DNA from: Mustelus asterias
Taxonomy: Eukaryota
Assembly (NCBI RefSeq): GCF_964213995.1
Contig: NC_135823.1
Coordinates: 26,474,001-26,538,000 of the forward strand
Reading direction: 5' to 3'
DNA length: 64,000 nt
A program made the position numbers and the translations under genes. Within the stretch, counting starts at the first letter, position 1, and each line of letters starts with the position of its first letter. This document shows, in pieces, positions 59,323-64,000 of the stretch. The notes under the pieces are model-generated. The model did not search any database. It had not been told where the DNA came from and saw nothing but the letters and a program-made list of their open reading frames with translations.

Positions 59323-62220
59323 TCAAGCTATCCCACTCCCTACCATCCTGGTGTGCTCCATGTGCCTATCCAATAACCGCTTAAATGTTCCTAAAGTGTC
59401 TGACTCCACTATCACTGCAGGCAGTCCATTCCACACCCCAACCACTCTCTGCGTGAAGAACCTACCTCTGATATCCTTCCTATATCTCCCACCATGAACC
59501 CTATAGTTATGCCCCCTCGTAATAGCTCCATCCACCCGAGGAAATAGTCTTTGAACGTTCACTCGATCTATCCCCTTCATCATTTTATAAACCTCTATTA
59601 AGTCTCCCCTCAATCTCCTCCGCTCCAGAGAGAACAGCCCCAGCTCCCTCAACCTTTCCTCATAAGACCGACACTCCAAACCAGGCAGCATCCTGGTAAA
59701 TCTCCTCTGCACTCTTTCCAGCGCTTCCACATCCTTCTTATAGTGAGGTGACCAGAACTGCACGCAATATTCCAAATGCGGTCTCACCAAGGTCCTGTAC
59801 AGTTGCAGCATAACCCCACGGCTCTTAAACTCCAACCCCCTGTTAATAAAAGCTAACACACTATATGCCTTCTTCACAGCTCTATCCACTTGAGTGGCAA
59901 CCTTTAGAGATCTGTGGATATGGACCCCAAGATCTCTCTGTTCCTCCACAGTCTTCAGAACCCTACCTTTGACCCTGTAATCCACATTTAAATTAGTCCT
60001 ACCAAAATGAATCACCTCACATTTATCAGGGTTAAACTCCATTTGCCATTTTTCAGCCCAGCTTTGCATCCTATCTATGTCTCTTTGCAGCCTACAACAC
60101 CCCTCCACCTCATCCACTACTCCACCAATCTTGGTGTCATCAGCAAATTTACTGATCCACCCTTCAGCCCCCTCCTCTAAGTCATTAATAAAAATCACAA
60201 AGAGCAGAGGACCAAGCACCGATCCCTGCGGCACTTCGCTAGCAACCTGCCTCCAGTCCGAAAATTTTCCATCCACCACCACCCTCTGTCTTCGATCAGA
60301 CAGCCAGTTACCTATCCAATCGGCCAACTTTCCCTCTATCCCACACCTCCTTACTTTCATCATAAGCCAACCATGGGGGACCTTATCAAACGCCTTACTA
60401 AAATCCATGTATATGACATCAACCGCCCTACCTTCATCAACACACTTAGTTACCTCCTCAAAAAATTCTATCAAATTTGTGAGGCACGATTTGCCCTTCA
60501 CAAATCCGTGCTGACTATCCCGGATTAATCCGCATCTTTCTAAATGGTCGTAAATCCCATCCCTAAGGACCTTTTCCATCAATTTACCAACCACCGAAGT
60601 CAGACTAACCGGTCTATAATTACCAGGGTCATTTCTATTCCCTTTCTTAAACAGAGGAACAACATTCGCCACTCTCCAGTCCTCTGGCACCATCCCCGGG
60701 GACAGCGAGGACCCAAAGATCAAAGCCAAAGGCTCTGCAATCTCATCCCTCGCCTCCCAAAGAATCCTAGGATACATTTCATCAGGCCCAGGGGACTTAT
60801 CGACCTTCAGTTTATTCAAAACTGCCAATACATCCTCCCTCCGAACATCTATTTCCTCCAGCCTATTAGCCTGTAACACCTTCTCTTCCTCAAAAACATG
60901 GCCCCTCTCCTTGGTGAACACTGAAGAAAAGTATTCATTCATCACCTCGCCTATCTCTACTGATTCCATACACAAGTTCCCACCACTGTCCTTGACCGGC
61001 CCTAACCTCACCCTGGTCATTCTTTTATTCCTCACATAAGAGTAAAAAGCCTTGGGATTTTCCTTGATCCGACCCGCCAAGGACTTCTCATGTCCCCTCC
61101 TAGCTCTCCTCAGCCCCTTTTTCAGCTCGTTCCTTGCTAACTTGTAACCCTCAGTCGAGCCATCTGAACCTTGTTTCCTCATCCCTACATAAGCTTCCCT
61201 CTTCCTTTTCACAAGACATTCCACCTCTTTTGTGAACCACGGTTCCCTCACTCGGCCATTTCCTCCCTGCCTGACAGGGACATAGCTATCAAGGACACCC
61301 AGTATTTGTTCCTTGAAAAAGTTCCACTTTTCATCAGTGCCTTTCCCTGACAGTTTCTGTTCCCATCTTATGCCCCCTAATTCTTGCCTAATCGCATCAT
61401 AATTACCTCTCCCCCAATTGTAAGCCTTGCCCTGCCGTCCGGCCCTATCCCTCTCCATTGCAATAACAAAAGACACAGAATTGTGGTCACTATCTCCAAA
61501 GTTCTCTCCCACAACCAAATCTAACACTTGGCCCGGTTCATTTCCCAGTACCAAATCCAATGTGGCCTCACCCCTTGTCGGCCTATCCACATATTGTGTC
61601 AGGAAACCCTCCTGCACACACTGCACAAAAAGTGCCCCATCCAAACTATTTGACCTACAAAGGTTCCAATCAATATTTGGAAAGTTAAAGTCCCCCATGA
61701 CAACTACCCTGTGACCCCCACACGTATCCATAATCTGCTTAGCAATTTCTTCCTCCACATCTCTATTACTATTTGGGGGCCTATAGTAAACTCCTAGCAA
61801 CGTGACCGCTCCTTTCCTGTTTCTAACTGCAGCCCATATTACCTCAGTGTGCATATCCCCCTCAAAGTGCTTTTCAGCAGCCGTTAAACTATCCTTGATT
61901 AACAATGCTACTCCTCCACCTCTTTTACCAGCTTCCCTACACTTACTGAAACATCTATACCCCGGAACGTCCAACAACCATTCCTGTCCTTGTTCTACTC
62001 ACGTCTCCGTAATGGCCACAACATCGTAGTCCCAAGTAGCAATCCACGCCCCAAGTTCATCCACCTTGTTCCGGATGCTCCTTGCATTGAAGTAGACACA
62101 CTTCAACCCATCTTCCTGTCTACCGGTACCCACCCTTGACCTTGATACCTTCCCCAATACCTCACCACCCTCAACACTGACTTCTGGACTACAACTCCTT
62201 TTCCCACTCCCCTGACAAAT
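59323..62220 (-). pseudogene. CR1 ORF2 (APE endonuclease plus RT) with a single premature stop at 61999-62001
   Basis: YFNARSI..K, ITET*(W), GGGVAL, YRPP, MGDFN, LDL, SDH, then RT QHGF, DFSKAFD, VPQGSVLGP, FADD. The ORFs 61999..62340 and 59323..61977 are in the same frame. Confidence 0.93.
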
Positions 62221-63146
62221 TAGTTTAAATCCCCCTGAAGAGCCGTAGCAAATTTCCCTCCCAGGATATTGGTGCCCCTCTGGTTCAGGTGCACCCCGTC
62301 CTGTTTGTAGAGGTCCCACCTTCCCCAGAACGTGTTCCAATTATCCACGTATCTGAAACCCTCCCTCCTGCACCATCCCTGCAACCACATGTTTAAGTGC
62401 ACTCTCTCCCTGTTCCTCAACTCGCTATCACGTGGCACCGGTAGCGTACCAGAGATGACCACATGTTTTGTCTTTGCTCTCAGCTTCCAGCCGAGCTCCC
62501 GAAATTCCTGTTTTAAATCCCCGTCCCTTCTCTTACCTATGTCGTTGGTACCAATGTGTACCACGACTTGTGACTGTTTCCCCTCCCCCTTAAGAATCCG
62601 GAAAACACGGTCCGAGACGTCACGGACCCTGGCATCCGGTAGGCAACAAACCACCCTCGAGTCTCTTTTGCTGCCACAGAACCTCCTATCTATCCCTCTA
62701 ACTAACGAGTCCCCAATAACTATTGCCCTCCCGCTCTCCTCCTTACCCTCCTGAGCCACAGGGACGGACTCAGTGCCGGAGATCCTCTCACTGCGGCTCA
62801 CCATTGGTATGTCGTCCCCCTCAACCGTATCCAAAGCGGAATACTTATTGCTAAGGGGAACGACCACAGGGGATCCCTGCACCGACTGCTTCTTCCCAGC
62901 CCCTCTCACCGTCACCCATCTATTTTCATTCCGCGGAGTAACTGTATCCCTGAAGCTTCTGTCTATGGCCATCTCTGCATCCCTAATGATCCTAAGTTCC
63001 TCCAACTCCAGCTCTAGTTCCCTTACACAGTTTTGGAGGAGCTGCAGATGGATGCACTTCTCACAGGTATAATCAGCAGGGACACTGACGTCGTCCCTCA
63101 CCTCGAACATAGTGCAAGAGGAACATTGCACTGCCTTCACACCCAT
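62220..63146 (-). CDS. CR1 ORF1p (zinc finger, coiled coil, SGNH esterase)
   Basis: CSSC...CEKC, heptad ELELELEEL, GDSLVR, HIGTND and DGVHLN in an intact 308-aa frame. Confidence 0.92.
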   Translation of the reverse strand: MGVKAVQCSSCTMFEVRDDVSVPADYTCEKCIHLQLLQNCVRELELELEELRIIRDAEMAIDRSFRDTVTPRNENRWVTVRGAGKKQSVQGSPVVVPLSNKYSALDTVEGDDIPMVSRSERISGTESVPVAQEGKEESGRAIVIGDSLVRGIDRRFCGSKRDSRVVCCLPDARVRDVSDRVFRILKGEGKQSQVVVHIGTNDIGKRRDGDLKQEFRELGWKLRAKTKHVVISGTLPVPRDSELRNRERVHLNMWLQGWCRREGFRYVDNWNTFWGRWDLYKQDGVHLNQRGTNILGGKFATALQGDLN

Positions 63147-63892
63147 CCCCTCTAGATACCTTGCCAGTACCAGGTAGAAACAGCAAAAAATGAATTAACT
63201 CACCCCTGCTCGCCCTTTCTGCCTAAGCCCTGTGAGCCAAAGCCCTACAGCTTTCACTCTGCCTCCTGCTCACTCTGCTGCCCGCTAACGACGCTGCCCG
63301 CTCAAAAGTGCGGCCTACTTTTAAACAATGAGGCTGAAAACTGCAAGTTAAGCACTTTTAAACCCTCCAAAAACCTTCCCAGACTCCTGCTGGGCCCACT
63401 TCCTGTTTTAAAAAAACCTCCGATTTTTTACACAAATTTAACTTAAAATAAATAAATAAATGTAGTGAACAAACCAACTGCCTTCTCCTCAGCCTGGTCC
63501 TGTGGAACAATGAGGCTGAAAACTGCAAGTTAAGCACTTTTAAACCCTCCAAAAACTAGAGGAAAGAACCTTCCGAGTCAATGCAAATTTCTTTCCAGAT
63601 TACTGTAAGCATAAGATGTTTCACTCCAGATATGATTCAAACAACCCACTAGGGAGCTTTATCAAGCAACGTTTATTTAAGAATACAGTTAACATATAGA
63701 AAGAAAATTAGCAATAACTTTTACCAATTACAAACAAGAAAAAAGACAACCATTATATTGTATACACTTTAACAACTAAATGCACTGTTCCAACCAAACA
63801 AACCTCCTTACAAACATACACCCATCTCAGGTTTAACACAGAAAATAAGAATGCTCACATGGTTTTGCAGCTCTGCAACCACCTACTGTGAA

Positions 63893-64000
63893 TTAGAACA
63901 AAGAAAATTACAGCATAGGAACAGGCCCTTCGGCCTTCCAAACCTGCACCGACCATGCTGCCCGACTTAACTAAAACCCTACCCTTCCAGGGACTATATC
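63893..64000 (-). mobile_element. CR1/HE1-type 3' tail running off the window
   Basis: ACAGCATAGGAACAGGCCCTTCGGCC resembles 59260-59290. Confidence 0.7.

Larger units (their letters stand above)
59244..63560 (-). mobile_element. Full-length young CR1 (HER1-like) LINE
   Basis: ORF1, ORF2 and a 3' UTR ending in (TGTTCTA)n at about 59244-59262. The 5' boundary is approximate. Confidence 0.95.

Noticed and set aside
60077-63072. Several plus-strand ORFs of 75-145 aa
   Set aside because: Antisense shadows of the CR1 ORFs.
1-64000. Prokaryotic systems (CRISPR arrays, operons, defence islands)
   Set aside because: The sequence is vertebrate intronic DNA, with no repeat-spacer array or gene-dense region.

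Overview
Eukaryotic DNA, almost certainly from a shark or other elasmobranch (HE1/V-SINE-type and Deu-domain SINEs, CR1/HER1-type LINEs). The only host coding sequence I recognise is a 112-nt minus-strand exon (10363-10474) encoding [37 protein letters not shown], the Ig2-Ig3 junction of Sidekick-2 (sdk2). I did not find its neighbouring exons by eye, so the window is probably two very long, transposon-filled sdk2 introns. Main mobile elements: three fold-back Penelope-like (Neptune-type) insertions whose arms carry minimal hammerhead ribozyme motifs with covarying stems; a young Gypsy provirus (37935-42611) that lacks a tRNA PBS and has a 15-bp PBS complementary to its own LTR (probable self-priming); a full-length CR1 disabled by one nonsense change; a Harbinger transposase fossil with MITEs; RTE, L2 and Rex1 fragments; and many SINEs. 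Other points of interest: a phase-compatible 27-nt candidate microexon for the Sdk2 Ig2-Ig3 hinge, two locally templated insertions, a twin-priming RTE inversion, a 21-bp abortive Penelope insertion and a 270-codon orphan ORF. All calls were made by eye and no searches were run.
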